The position numbers and the translations under genes are program-made. Below the pieces are notes generated by a model. That model did no database searches. It was given only the letters and a program-made list of their open reading frames with translations, and was not told the DNA's origin. A stretch of DNA of 63,995 bases, filler included, from Candidatus Babelota bacterium (lineage in GTDB: Bacteria > JAGOBX01), in the NCBI GenBank assembly GCA_017999075.1. It is 11 parts of 11 records of this genome, joined end to end, with 100 filler letters (N's around TTAATTAATTAA, not from the genome) between each part and the next. Parts side by side here need not be neighbours in the genome. Positions count along the whole stretch, not along the records: positions 1 to 4,311 come from JAGOBX010000363.1; positions 4,412 to 8,720 come from JAGOBX010000364.1; positions 8,821 to 13,121 come from JAGOBX010000365.1; 8 more parts are not named here. One strand, written 5' to 3'. Position 1 is the stretch's first letter. Every line of letters begins with the position of its first letter. Shown here one piece after another: positions 1-10,721 of this stretch.

Positions 1-1163
1 TTACAAGGAATATTATAAAAATTATCGGATTAAAATATGCGGTTCCTAAACTTATAGAAGAGGTTTCAAAAGAAAATTCTACTTTATATGGCAAAGATGT
101 ATATATATGTTTGCGGAATATAGTTGACGCAGTAGCATTTAAGGGAAAAAGCGTTGAAGAAAAATTTAAAGCTCTTTCTGAAGCAAAAAATATTTATAAT
201 CAATCGATTTTTTCTTTATCTTACGATCAAAAGTCATTTTTAATTAAAAATTTGCCTGATTTTGATGAAGTTATAGATAATATAAAATTTTTCCGCAGTT
301 GTTTTTCAATGAATATTTACAATATGGCTAATACGATATTAACTATGACTATATGTCAGATTACAGGTTATGATTTAAATACTCTGTTTCTTGAAGGAAT
401 AAGCCACATTGAACGTTTTATCCAGCACTCTTTATTTACAAATAAAAATTGGGATTTAAAAACGCTTCAATCTAATTCTCCTAAATTAATAATTCCGATT
501 GGAGCTGCCGGATGCGGTAAATCAACTTTTTATAAGGAACTGGGTAATGTCATAAATATTTCATGTGATAATGTAAGATATCTTTTATTTAAACAATATG
601 GTCCTTGCTTTCAATCATGGGAAAGCTCTCTAAGCTGGTGGGTAGTTAATACGTTAACTGATTATTATTTAAACCGCGGGTATTCAGTATTTTACAATGG
701 AGTAAACACAGATGCCCAGTACAGATCACCTATGACCATGGAAGTTCACGATTCAATTTATGAGGGTTTAAAATATAATATAAAATTAGTTTATTTTGAA
801 CCTCCGGTAAAATTAAATCATCAGGAATTGCAGGAATTAAAGAATATTAATTTGTGGGCTCAACCAATTGAAAAAATGGATTTTTCGAAGATTTCTTCAA
901 ATGTAAGAAAAATAATGGAAATGATAAAAAATAATTTTGAACGTACAATGCAAAGAACAAAGGAAATTCGAGACGGAATTAGAGAACAGGATCCGTTCGA
1001 TATTTTATATTCAGTTCCTGCTCCAATAGTTAAAATGTTTGTTGAACAAAATTTTGATGTTCCAAACACCAATAATGTTACAATAATTCCAAGAAAAGAA
1101 ATTCCTGATGAAAATGAACGTATAAAATTTTATCGCAGTTATACTGAAAAACTTATAAATTGA
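1..1163 (+). CDS. P-loop (AAA_33 / polynucleotide-kinase-like) protein, 5'-truncated
   Basis: Walker A GAAGCGKST followed by ISCDNVR (kinase-type DxxR). The frame is open from position 3 to the track start at 111, so the true start lies outside the window. Confidence 0.65.
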   Translation, partial: TRNIIKIIGLKYAVPKLIEEVSKENSTLYGKDVYICLRNIVDAVAFKGKSVEEKFKALSEAKNIYNQSIFSLSYDQKSFLIKNLPDFDEVIDNIKFFRSCFSMNIYNMANTILTMTICQITGYDLNTLFLEGISHIERFIQHSLFTNKNWDLKTLQSNSPKLIIPIGAAGCGKSTFYKELGNVINISCDNVRYLLFKQYGPCFQSWESSLSWWVVNTLTDYYLNRGYSVFYNGVNTDAQYRSPMTMEVHDSIYEGLKYNIKLVYFEPPVKLNHQELQELKNINLWAQPIEKMDFSKISSNVRKIMEMIKNNFERTMQRTKEIRDGIREQDPFDILYSVPAPIVKMFVEQNFDVPNTNNVTIIPRKEIPDENERIKFYRSYTEKLIN

Positions 1164-1191
1164 TTTTTAGAAAAAAATAAGTTCATAAATA

Positions 1192-1234
1192 TTTCAAAAT
1201 GCAATCCCTTATAAAAAGTGATTGCATTTTGAAA
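1192..1234. terminator. Hairpin / probable intrinsic terminator downstream of the kinase gene
   Basis: Perfect 15-bp inverted repeat TTTCAAAATGCAATC (1192-1206) / GATTGCATTTTGAAA (1220-1234), 28 nt after the stop codon. Confidence 0.6.
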
Positions 1235-1361
1235 AAACTCTGCAATTTTAAAAAAATCCACTATTATTTAATCTATAACACATAATATCCTGTATTTGTT
1301 ATTTTTTTCAAATCGTTAAATATTGATAAAAAATCAGTTAACAAAAAAACACAAAAAAAAA

Positions 1362-1390
1362 TTGACAACAAGGGAAAAGTAGGATATATT
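1362..1390 (+). promoter_or_regulatory. Sigma70-type promoter with no annotated gene downstream
   Basis: TTGACA (1362-1367), 17-nt spacer, TATATT (1385-1390), preceded by an A-tract (UP-element-like). Confidence 0.65.
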
Positions 1391-1407
1391 GGAAATATGG
1401 GAAATAT
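1372..1407 (+). repeat. Four tandem imperfect 9-mers overlapping the promoter
   Basis: GGGAAAAGT AGGATATAT TGGAAATAT GGGAAATAT read directly from the sequence. Confidence 0.55.
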
Positions 1408-1596
1408 AAATTTGATTTTTAATAAATATTTTATTGGAGTGATTTATATGATTCTAATAGTGATTATTGATTATTTAAAAACAAAATTATTAAAAAACAA
1501 TACATTAAATAGAAATAATAAATATAAAATTTTTCAAAATGTTGATATATAATATAATTAAATTGAGGTTTTTTTTTAGAAAAGGAGTGGCATTTG

Positions 1597-1753
1597 CTAA
1601 ATTAACCCACAAACTGCAATAGGAATTTGAAAAATTTCTGAACATGCGATAAAATATTAGGTTTCAGCAATTTCAAAAATACAAAAAATTATAGAGCAGT
1701 TTTTGGTTTTTTAGAAGTTTTAACAAGCGTACATATATGTTTTGAAAAACTTC
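1597..1753. ncRNA. Candidate structured non-coding RNA (rod with central bubble plus a second hairpin)
   Basis: 1597-1617 pairs with 1696-1714 and 1626-1643 pairs with 1661-1677. A second hairpin is GAAGTTTT...AAAACTTC (1714-1753). Folded by eye only. Confidence 0.3.
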
Positions 1754-1895
1754 ACTTTCGCCCTACTGTATTTTTCGGGTTTAAAACAAATCTTCATCAC
1801 TGACATTATCAATTCCAATAGAATTAATTTTTTTAGAAAAATAACCTGTCGGATAAATTTGAATAATAATAGTTCCAGTATCAGGAAATTTATTT

Positions 1896-4311
1896 TTAAT
1901 TTTTAGAAATCAATATAATAGCAGTATGATTTTTAATGTTAATTTTGAATTTATTATTTTTTATGTTAATAAAAGTTCCTGTAACTGCATTTTTTAGTTG
2001 ATTAATTTTTATCCAATCAGGCAGAGATATACTCATTTGTCCGTTGAAATTTCTTGATAAAATAACTATAGCTTTGTTGTTAAAATGAGTTAACATATAC
2101 ACATAATATTCCTTTTCTACAGCAAGCGGAGTAAAATCTCCATATCTAAATACAGAATTTGATTTTCTGATTTTGTTTAATTTAGATACATATTTCAAAA
2201 CTGATTTTTCATGTTTTGACAGTTCTTTTCCGAATCGCATCATCCTGCGGTTATCAGGATCATTTGCGCCAGTCATACCGAATTCATCGCCGTAATAAAT
2301 TAATGGTATGCCTGGAACAGTCATTAAAAAGGCATAAGCCAAAGTTAATTTATTATAGTTATAAGGATTATCAACTTTAACTCTATGTTTCCAGCCGTAT
2401 TCTTTTTCATCAGGAAAATTAGTTGAAAATTCTCCGTCTGCATAAGCCATGAATCTCGAAAAATCATGATTGCCAAGAATGTTTGACATTATGCTTTCAG
2501 TACCATATATTTTCAGAGAATTTAAAAAACTTTTATTGAGTTTTTCAAATCCGTAAAGTTCAGCCGCGAATATATCTCGGATGTCCCAGTATAATGGAAA
2601 ATCAAATTGACCATTAATTTCGCCGGGATTAACATATTCCATAATTTTTTCTCTTTCGGAAATACTTTCTCCTACCATATAAAATATTTTTTTTCTTGGA
2701 ATTTCAAATTCATGTTTTATTCTGTGTTTCAGTTTTTTCCAGAATATATGATCTATGTGTTTTACCGCATCAAGTCTGAAGCCATCGATATCAGTTTCTT
2801 GGATCAGCCATAATGCGTTGTCAACCATATAATTTACAGAGTTAGGGTTACTGTAATCAAAAGAAGGCAGAAAATCATCAAACCATGTTGTTAAAGGATA
2901 TTCGTCATAAAGCCTTATATTTTTTCTTCCATCAGGGAGATTCAATATTCCGAAATATTCAGGATGTTCTTTATAAAGCGGATGTTCCTGATGTATATGA
3001 TTTGCGACAAAATCCACAAGTATTTTTATTTTATGTTTATGAGCGGTTTTGACCATTTTTTTTAAATCTTCAAGCGTTCCTAAATTTTTTTCGATTTTGT
3101 AAGAATCTACAGGCCAATATCCGTGATACCCGGAAAATTTTCTATGAGGAGGCAATGAATCCCGGTAAGGAATGTCAGGATTTTCATTTACAGGCGTGAT
3201 CCATATAGAATTTATTCCTATTCTTGAAAAATACCCGTCTTCAATTTTTTTTGTTATTCCGTTGAAGTTTCCTCCTAAAAAATTTGCGCGTACGGCAAGT
3301 TCCTTGTCTATAATTCTGAAATCCGATTTATTTTTGTAATTATAAAATCTGTCTGTAAAAATGAAATATAATATTGAATCTTTCCAATTGTGAATTTTTT
3401 TTGAAAGGTTGAGTTCATAAGATTTTGAACAATAAGTTCCATCTGAAATCAGCATTATATTCAATTTGTAAATATGATTATTAATTTGGGAAGCTAATGA
3501 ACTGTCAATAGTTTTTTTATCAATTAAAATTTCAATATTTCCTGGTTTAAAATCATTTATTTCTTTTATAATTTTGTTGTTAATTAAAAAAAACGCACGT
3601 ATATTACTTTTAATATTTTGTTCTGAAAATATGTGGAAATTAAATAAAACTCCTGAATCTTTTTCTGTTTTACTTGTAGAAATTATGTTTATATTTTTTT
3701 CATTTACAGGAGTTCCTAAAGACAAAATGCTGTTATATCCGCCAAGTCCGTCAGGAACGCTGTCCTGATTTGACAGATCCGAAATCCAATTAGTATCATC
3801 AATAACAAATTTGTATTTATAAGCTCCTGCTTTTAATTTCAAAGTTGTTGAATATTCATCTGTTCCGGTTTTTTTCATTATATTTGCATTAGGATTCCAT
3901 CCGTTAAAATCTCCTGCTAAAGAAATTTTTATATTTTTTTTCGAGTTATAAATGAAAGTTTTTTCGAACTCGGATTTGACAATATTCATAAAAAATGTCT
4001 GTTCTATATAGGTTTCGTTATAAAAAACCTCCATAGTTACAGGAGTAATTCCAATTTTATTATTAGTTTTAATACTGATTTTTGCTGAATTGGTATCATA
4101 AACAATAGATTCTATAATTTTTTCATCGTAATTTTTAAAAATAATCGATTTTATTGAATCTATCGGAACCAGCATAAATTCTTCAAGGTTTATAAGATTT
4201 CTGTTATTAATTTCTGCATTCAATACAGAAATTGTAAAGAAGACAGGCGAATTTGTTTCTGATTTTTTTTTTATATTTTTTGAGTATAAATTTTTGTTAA
4301 ATGATAATGTC
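1896..4311 (-). CDS. Alpha-amylase family (GH13) glycoside hydrolase with CBM48/AMPK-beta-like glycogen-binding domain, 5'-truncated at contig edge
   Basis: LAGDFNGWN...YKYKFVIDD.NWISD (CBM48); GH13 regions YHGYWP, DFVANH, DGFRLDAVKH, GES, NHD, PGIPLIYYGDE. The frame is open from 4223 to the contig end. Confidence 0.92.
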
Positions 4312-4411
4312 NNNNNNNNNNNNNNNNNNNNNNNNNNNNNNNNNNNNNNNNNNNNTTAATTAATTAANNNNNNNNNNNNNNNNNNNNNNNNNNNNNNNNN
4401 NNNNNNNNNNN
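4312..4411. other. Artificial contig linker
   Basis: N44-TTAATTAATTAA-N44 (stops in all six frames). Confidence 0.99.
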
Positions 4412-6955
4412 GTCTATAGTAAATTCTTTAATTAATTTTGAATTAAACCCTATATTTAAATTCAACATTCCTGAATAGAGAGCGATTTTAGCTGAAACCG
4501 GTTCAGCATATTTTAACGCGAATTTTAATTTTGAACTATTAGGATTATTATTCTGCGGATCTGTGAAATTTATAATTGACAATATGGTTTCTTTAGTTAT
4601 TGAAGTTAAAGTGAGAACAGCATCAATATTATTTATATTGAGTGTTTTAGTGTCTGAAAATGCGTTTCTCATTGATAAATCAAAAGTAGCAGATACTGGA
4701 ATTTTGTTTCCTGAATACTTTGCTCCGTAGAAAAAACGGTTTAAATCAGAATTGTTGATTTTTGCTTTAAACGACATTCTTTTTTTTATTAAATCATAAA
4801 ACATATTAAAAGAAGAAGAACCGTCAAACAAATCAAGCACCACATTATTCAAATATAATAAATTTTGGTTTATAGAAAAATTCCCGGAAATATCCGAAAA
4901 AATAAAATTATCATATTTGATTTCGGCTATGTTAAAATTTCTTGATTTATCAGAAAAAGACAGTTCACCAGTTCCGGCTGATTTTTTGTTTGCATCAGGA
5001 TTCATTGAATAATTTTCAATATTTAAATCAGCGTTCAACCCTGAAACAGATAAATTGATATTTTTAATATTAAGATCGCATTCGGATATTCTAAGATTTC
5101 CTGAAATAACAGGAAAATCATCAGGTTTTTTTACGAAATATATTTTAGAAATTAAATAAGCGCTGTATTTAAAATTTTCATTCAAACCAAACAAACTTGA
5201 AATTTTTGCGGCATCGCAGTTAAGTTTTGAAAAGTCTGCGCGGATAAAACTGCGTTCGTAAAATTTTAAAATATTTTTTTTGTTTCCTGAATAAACGGAT
5301 TCTAACCAGTTGTCAGGAAATTCCGAGTGACAAACAAAATTTGTTTCAAATATTTTTCCGCAATCTAAACGTGATTTCAAATTAAAAATTTTTAAATCGT
5401 TAGATGATAAAGAAATATCGGTACTGCCTTCGGGAATTAGGAACTCTGAATTTAAAAATGATACGCTAAAGTTTTTCCATTTTGATTTTAAAAAAAAATT
5501 TTGTTCTGATTCTGAATTTAATAGGGTGATTTTAGAATTCGATAAAAAATATTTATTTTGAAGAATACTTTCTTTTGAAACAAAGTCTATAGAAAAATTT
5601 CCAGCAGACTTAAGCAGATTATTAAAATAAGAGATAGAATATAATGAAACCGTATCAGCAGACGAACTTATAAATTTTGTAATGTTGAGTTTTTTTGATT
5701 TTGAAAAGTTTATATTTAAAGAACAGTTTTTAAAAGATACATAATTTTTAAAAAAAAATTCAGACGCGGACATTTCTGATTTAATAGATAATTCAAAATC
5801 AGGAGAAATATTAAAATTTTTATCAAAATTCAAACTGCCTTTAATTGAACCTGAACTTTTTAAGTTTTCTACAGCATATCCGCTTCCGGCAAATTGAAAA
5901 TTATTGATATCAAACACCAAATTAAGGTTTTTAACACCGAGTTTTTTTGTTTTAAAATTATATGATATAGCAGTAGTATCGTTATTAATTATATTTAAAT
6001 TCAGTTTTTTTGATAATCCGTAAACATCATTTTTTGCTGCTGACGAATATTGAGTCAGACCTGTCAGATTGATTTTATTGTCGGCCATTAATAATTCAAA
6101 ATCAATTAAATCAGTATCATAACTGCAATTGATTTTTAAATTGGAATTTATTACTTTTCCGAATTCCAGCAGCATATTTGATTCGATTTTTTTATCAGAC
6201 AGATTTATTCTGCATCCTGAGGCAATCAGAATTCTGGTTTGGAAAATTTTTATGCCGGTGCTTGAGTCTGAATAATCAATATTCGAATTTATCTTGGTTT
6301 GTAAATTATAATGACTATTTGATTTTGACAGAGATATGTGCGCCTCAGGCAAATATGATTTTAACGTGATTCCTGAATATGAATAATCAATTGTTTTATT
6401 GCTTTTAAACGATAAAACTGAATGAATAATTCCGCTGTCTGCTGAAACCGACCCGTATATTTTGGAATTTTTTATAACTGCGGACTGAACTGAGTCTCTG
6501 TAAGATAAATTAAAATCACCTATATTAATTTTTTCGCACCTTATTTTAAACGGTGATGATAATGAATTTAAAAATTTATCAATGTTAAGGGGTTCTGTAT
6601 CTTCTTTAAAAGGTGAAGTGTCAGTATAATCAACAGATAATGACTTGATTGAAAAATCATTCAAATCATAATTTTTATTTAAAAAATTTTTGTAGTTGCC
6701 GAATGATAAAGCTAACCCTGAAAAATTTATTTTAAAATCATCTGATTTTATAAGTTCAAATTTTTTTATTGATAAATTTTTTTTTGTAATTTTGATTCCG
6801 CTGATATGAAATTTTTGAATTTCAAACCGTTTTAATAAATAATTGTATGATTTTAATTTTATATATGGATAAAAAAAATAGCCTGCAGTTAATAATAATA
6901 ATAAACCAATCAGGGAAATTAAAATAAAATATTTAAAAACTTTCATTATTGACAA
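4412..6955 (-). CDS. AsmA/YdbH-like beta-rich intermembrane protein, 3'-truncated
   Basis: Single N-terminal TM anchor and a long beta-strand-rich body; C-terminal FSDISGNFSINQNLLYLNNVVLDLFDG resembles AsmA/YdbH C-termini. Confidence 0.55.
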
Positions 6956-6967
6956 TATAAAATTTTG

Positions 6968-8720
6968 TTAGGATTGACAGGTGGTTCGGGGAAATTTAAG
7001 CGTTACAATAATTCCTTTATTTATTCCTTTGTTATAAATTGAAATTTTTCCATTATGCAGTTTTATTATTTCGTTAACAATGTTCAACCCTATTCCGTCT
7101 CCTGTTACCCCGTTTTTTTTATCATCGGAGTCACGATAAAATCTTGCCAATATTTCTTCAGGATTGTCTATTGACAATCCCCATCCGAAATCTTCAATTT
7201 TAAATTCAATGTATTCGTCCGAACTTCCGGTCGATACAAGTATGTTGAGCGGACTTTCAGGATCACTGTATTTATAAGAATTATCAAAAATGTTTATAAA
7301 TATTTGTTCCAGTAAATGCATATCTGCTTCAACATACTCCTGGTTTGATAAATCAAATTTAATTGATATTTCCCGTCGGCATGATATTTTTTTGTTTTGA
7401 ATATATTCGTTTATTATTGTTTCAAAAAAACCTTTAAGATTAATGGTTTCAATATTAATTTTAAGTTTGTTGTTTTCAATAAGAGAAATATATTTAATTT
7501 TGTTAAGCAATACCCCTATTCTTTTTGCATTCCGCTCAATAGATTCTATACAATTATAAATATGAGGGTTATTTTTTATTTCAGATTCGTTTTTCAGCAA
7601 ATTAGAATAGCCCATAATAGGAGCAAGCGGATTTTTTAATTCATGCGATAAATTTTGAATATATTTTGTGTTGGTGGAAAATTTGTTTTCATAGCTTTTT
7701 ACATCTGTAGATAACATTGAAATCTGTTCTATGTAATCATTTCTTATGCTTTGCAATTTTTCTATAGTTTTTAATTTTTCTTCTAAATCAGTATTTAATT
7801 CAATACATTGATTGTTAAGTTCATTTGAGTAAAACAAAAATCGTAATAATCCGAATAATAAGGGGAAACAGAATAATGATACATAAATTGTCAAGTAGTC
7901 AAGTTTGAGCAAAAATATATAATATATAAAATAAGGGATGAAACTGAAAATAAAAAATACGATAAGAAAAATCATTGTATTTTTTTTTGAGATATGACTA
8001 TCAAGTTTAAAATAAAAAATAAGAGATGTAAGCAATGAAATAAATATTATTATAAATAATGTTGAATTGTAAGGAGCTTTGACTATAATATCGCCTGAAA
8101 GGAAATTCAAAAGAGCTGCAGCAAGAACAGAGTTTGAATTGTTATAGTTCAAATCTGATGTTTTCCAGTAATTGCTGTATCCCGGTACGTCCACTCCGAT
8201 TATAATAATATAGTCTTTTAATGATTCAACGTTATTTTTTAAGATAAACCGTTCGTAAAATTCCATATAGTTTATTTGTTCGATATTTTGTTTTAATACC
8301 GGAGAATAATAATTAATATAAAAGTTGTTGTCTGAAATTTTTTTCTTGCCTGAAATTGAATCAATGAACAATATGTTATCTTTCATATAAATTGAAGAAT
8401 TTATTTTTTTTGCAAGTTTAACAACAAAATGGTCATATGATTTATTGTTTATGTTGAGAAATAAAGGAGATAATTTTCGTAAATGTCCATCTGAATCAAG
8501 AGATATATTTAATATTCCGAAATTTTCATAAGTGCATTTTATGTTATCATTTGGTCCTATTATTTTTTCGAAGTCCTTATAATAAAATGCGCCGAAGACT
8601 ACAGTGGTATCAGCAATAAATGTGAGATTGTTATTGCAGTCTTCATTGTCTGAAAAAACTAACGGGAGACCTATGGCTAAGGGATTTTTAGCTTTTAATA
8701 CTTTTAAAGCTAAATCGTAA
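6968..8720 (-). CDS. CHASE2-domain sensor histidine kinase, 5'-truncated
   Basis: The frame is open from 8386 to the contig edge and adds CHASE2-like motifs (FGILNISLDSDGHLRK; DYIIIIG). Three TM helices, H-box LSHELKNPL, N-box NIFDNSYKY, G boxes DFGWG and GDGIGL. Confidence 0.88.
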
Positions 8721-8820
8721 NNNNNNNNNNNNNNNNNNNNNNNNNNNNNNNNNNNNNNNNNNNNTTAATTAATTAANNNNNNNNNNNNNNNNNNNNNNNN
8801 NNNNNNNNNNNNNNNNNNNN
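8721..8820. other. Artificial contig linker
   Basis: N44-TTAATTAATTAA-N44. Confidence 0.99.
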
Positions 8821-8863
8821 AAAATTGGTTGAAAAATATTTTTTTCAAAAAATTCCATTTTTT

Positions 8864-8897
8864 GCTGTTTTATGATTTTTGTAGGCGGCTTTTTTTT
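8864..8897 (+). terminator. Possible G-U-rich intrinsic terminator upstream of the rnfD promoter region
   Basis: GCTGTTT...AGGCGGC stem with several G-U pairs, followed by T8. Confidence 0.3.
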
Positions 8898-9032
8898 CTT
8901 TAAACTCTGTAATTTATCGAATGTCATGTTGAGTTCTCGAAATTGAAAAAAATTCCGGACAAAAAATTTTTAATTGTTTTATTTTCTCAACATTTTATAA
9001 TTATTTTAAAATAACAAGTTTAAGGATTCTTT

Positions 9033-10058
9033 ATGGAAAAATCTGTGCAAAATCTTTATGAAGTATGCAGCAGTCCTCAGATACTAACTGAAGAAACAAA
9101 CCGCAGTGTAATGCTTGATGTTATAATAGCTTTAATTCCAGCAGGATTATGTTCTTTAATGGTATTCAGGATAAATGCGTTAATTGTTATCTTATTATCC
9201 GTATTATTTTGTGTTTCAATAGAATATTTATTTTCAAAAATTTTTTTTAAAAAAAACACAACAGGAGATTTATCAGCTGCGGTTACAGGAATACTTTTGG
9301 CATACAACCTTCCTGCAACATCGCCGTGGTGGCTGATTCTGGCCGGTTCATTTTTTTCGATAGTTATAGGAAAACTGGTATTCGGAGGAATCGGTGAAAA
9401 CATATTCAATCCTGCTTTAGTCGGGCGAGTGGCGCTTCTTGTTTCCTGGCCGGCATTTATGACTAAGTGGGCAAAACCTCAACCAATAAGTTCTTTTTCA
9501 GACATATTCAAAAATATTGATTCTGTAACTGCCGCAACTCCGCTTGGAATTTTAAAAGAAAAAGGAATTAATTATATTAATAATTCAACGCAATTCTCAG
9601 TTATTCCTGATTTATTTTTCGGAAATTGCGGAGGAAGCCTTGGAGAAATCTCAGCGTTTGCCCTTATCCTTGGCGGAATATACTTATATTTCCGCGGTCA
9701 TATTACTCTGCATATTCCCGCATCTTTTATTATTACGGTTTTTATCATATCATTTATATTTAATCAGACTAATCCTGACCGCTATGCAGAACCAATGTTC
9801 AATTTATTTTCAGGAGGTGTAATGCTCGGAGCAATTTTTATGGCAACAGACATGGTCACGTCTCCAATGACAAATCAAGGAATGGTTATTTTCGGCACAG
9901 GATGCAGATTGCTTACAATGATCATAAGAATGTTCGGGGCATACCCTGAAGGAGTGTCTTTTGCAATTTTGATTATGAACGCTGTTACTCCATTACTTGA
10001 CAAATATTTAAAAATAAAAAGGTATGGGTTCAAAAAAAAATTTAATTTCAAATTTTAG
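9033..10058 (+). CDS. rnfD: RnfABCDGE-type electron transport complex subunit D
   Basis: VMLDVIIALIPA, DLSAAVTGILLA, FGGIGENIFNPALVGR, flavinylation motif DSVTAATPL, GGSLGEISA, FMATDMVTSP, YPEGVSFAILIMN. Confidence 0.93.
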   Translation: MEKSVQNLYEVCSSPQILTEETNRSVMLDVIIALIPAGLCSLMVFRINALIVILLSVLFCVSIEYLFSKIFFKKNTTGDLSAAVTGILLAYNLPATSPWWLILAGSFFSIVIGKLVFGGIGENIFNPALVGRVALLVSWPAFMTKWAKPQPISSFSDIFKNIDSVTAATPLGILKEKGINYINNSTQFSVIPDLFFGNCGGSLGEISAFALILGGIYLYFRGHITLHIPASFIITVFIISFIFNQTNPDRYAEPMFNLFSGGVMLGAIFMATDMVTSPMTNQGMVIFGTGCRLLTMIIRMFGAYPEGVSFAILIMNAVTPLLDKYLKIKRYGFKKKFNFKF

Positions 10059-10067
10059 GAGGGTATC

Positions 10068-10721
10068 ATGAAAAAAATCATCAGTTTCTGTATTATCGGA
10101 ATTTTAGTTGTAATCATGGCTACAGGATTGTACTCAGAAGAAAAAAAATTGGCGGACATACAGCTTCCGCAGGTTTCAGAAAAAATTGAAACCACTCTTT
10201 TGACAGCTTTAAAAAACAGGAAATCCACTCGCGACTTTAAAAAAGAACATATTACTCTTGAAAATCTTTCTGCAATATTATGGGCAGGATTGGGTATCAA
10301 CCGTGAAAACGGAAAAAGAACCATTCCAATCGCTATGGAAAAAGATTTTCTGAAGTTATACGTATATTCAAACGAAGGATTGTATTTATATATTCCGGCA
10401 AAAAATCTGTTAAAACAAATTTCTCATGAAAACAGCAAATCAAAAATCGTCAAACAATCTTCTGCAGCAGATGCTGATTACATTATTTTAATAACTGCGG
10501 AAACTTCAAAACTTCCATTTTATTTAAAAAAAGAACAAAAAGAAACTATGGCTCATGCTAATTCCGGATGTATAGCTCAAAGTATTTATTTAATGTCTTC
10601 CGCTTTAAATCTCGGAACCTGTATGATGGCTTATTTTGATGAAAAAGGAATAAATGAATCGTTGACTCTCAATAAAAACGAAATACCCTTATATATTATG
10701 CCAGTAGGCATTATAAAATGA
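10068..10721 (+). CDS. Nitroreductase family (SagB/ThcOx-like) protein with N-terminal signal peptide
   Basis: ALKNRKSTRDF FMN-binding motif, LSAILWAG.GINR..GKRT, GCIAQSIYL...ALNLGTC, YIMPVG; leader MKKIISFCIIGILVVIMATGLYS. Confidence 0.85.
   Translation: MKKIISFCIIGILVVIMATGLYSEEKKLADIQLPQVSEKIETTLLTALKNRKSTRDFKKEHITLENLSAILWAGLGINRENGKRTIPIAMEKDFLKLYVYSNEGLYLYIPAKNLLKQISHENSKSKIVKQSSAADADYIILITAETSKLPFYLKKEQKETMAHANSGCIAQSIYLMSSALNLGTCMMAYFDEKGINESLTLNKNEIPLYIMPVGIIK

Noticed and set aside
1740..1800. Minus-strand AAACCCGAAAAATACAGTAGGGCGAAAG resembling a c-di-GMP-I riboswitch core
   Set aside because: Lacks the GGCAAA / GACGCAAA elements and the P1/P3 pairing, and there is no downstream gene on that strand.
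1164..1895. Possible replication origin in the long AT-rich intergenic region
   Set aside because: Only poor DnaA-box-like words (for example TAACCCACA, two mismatches) and no dnaA/dnaN context.
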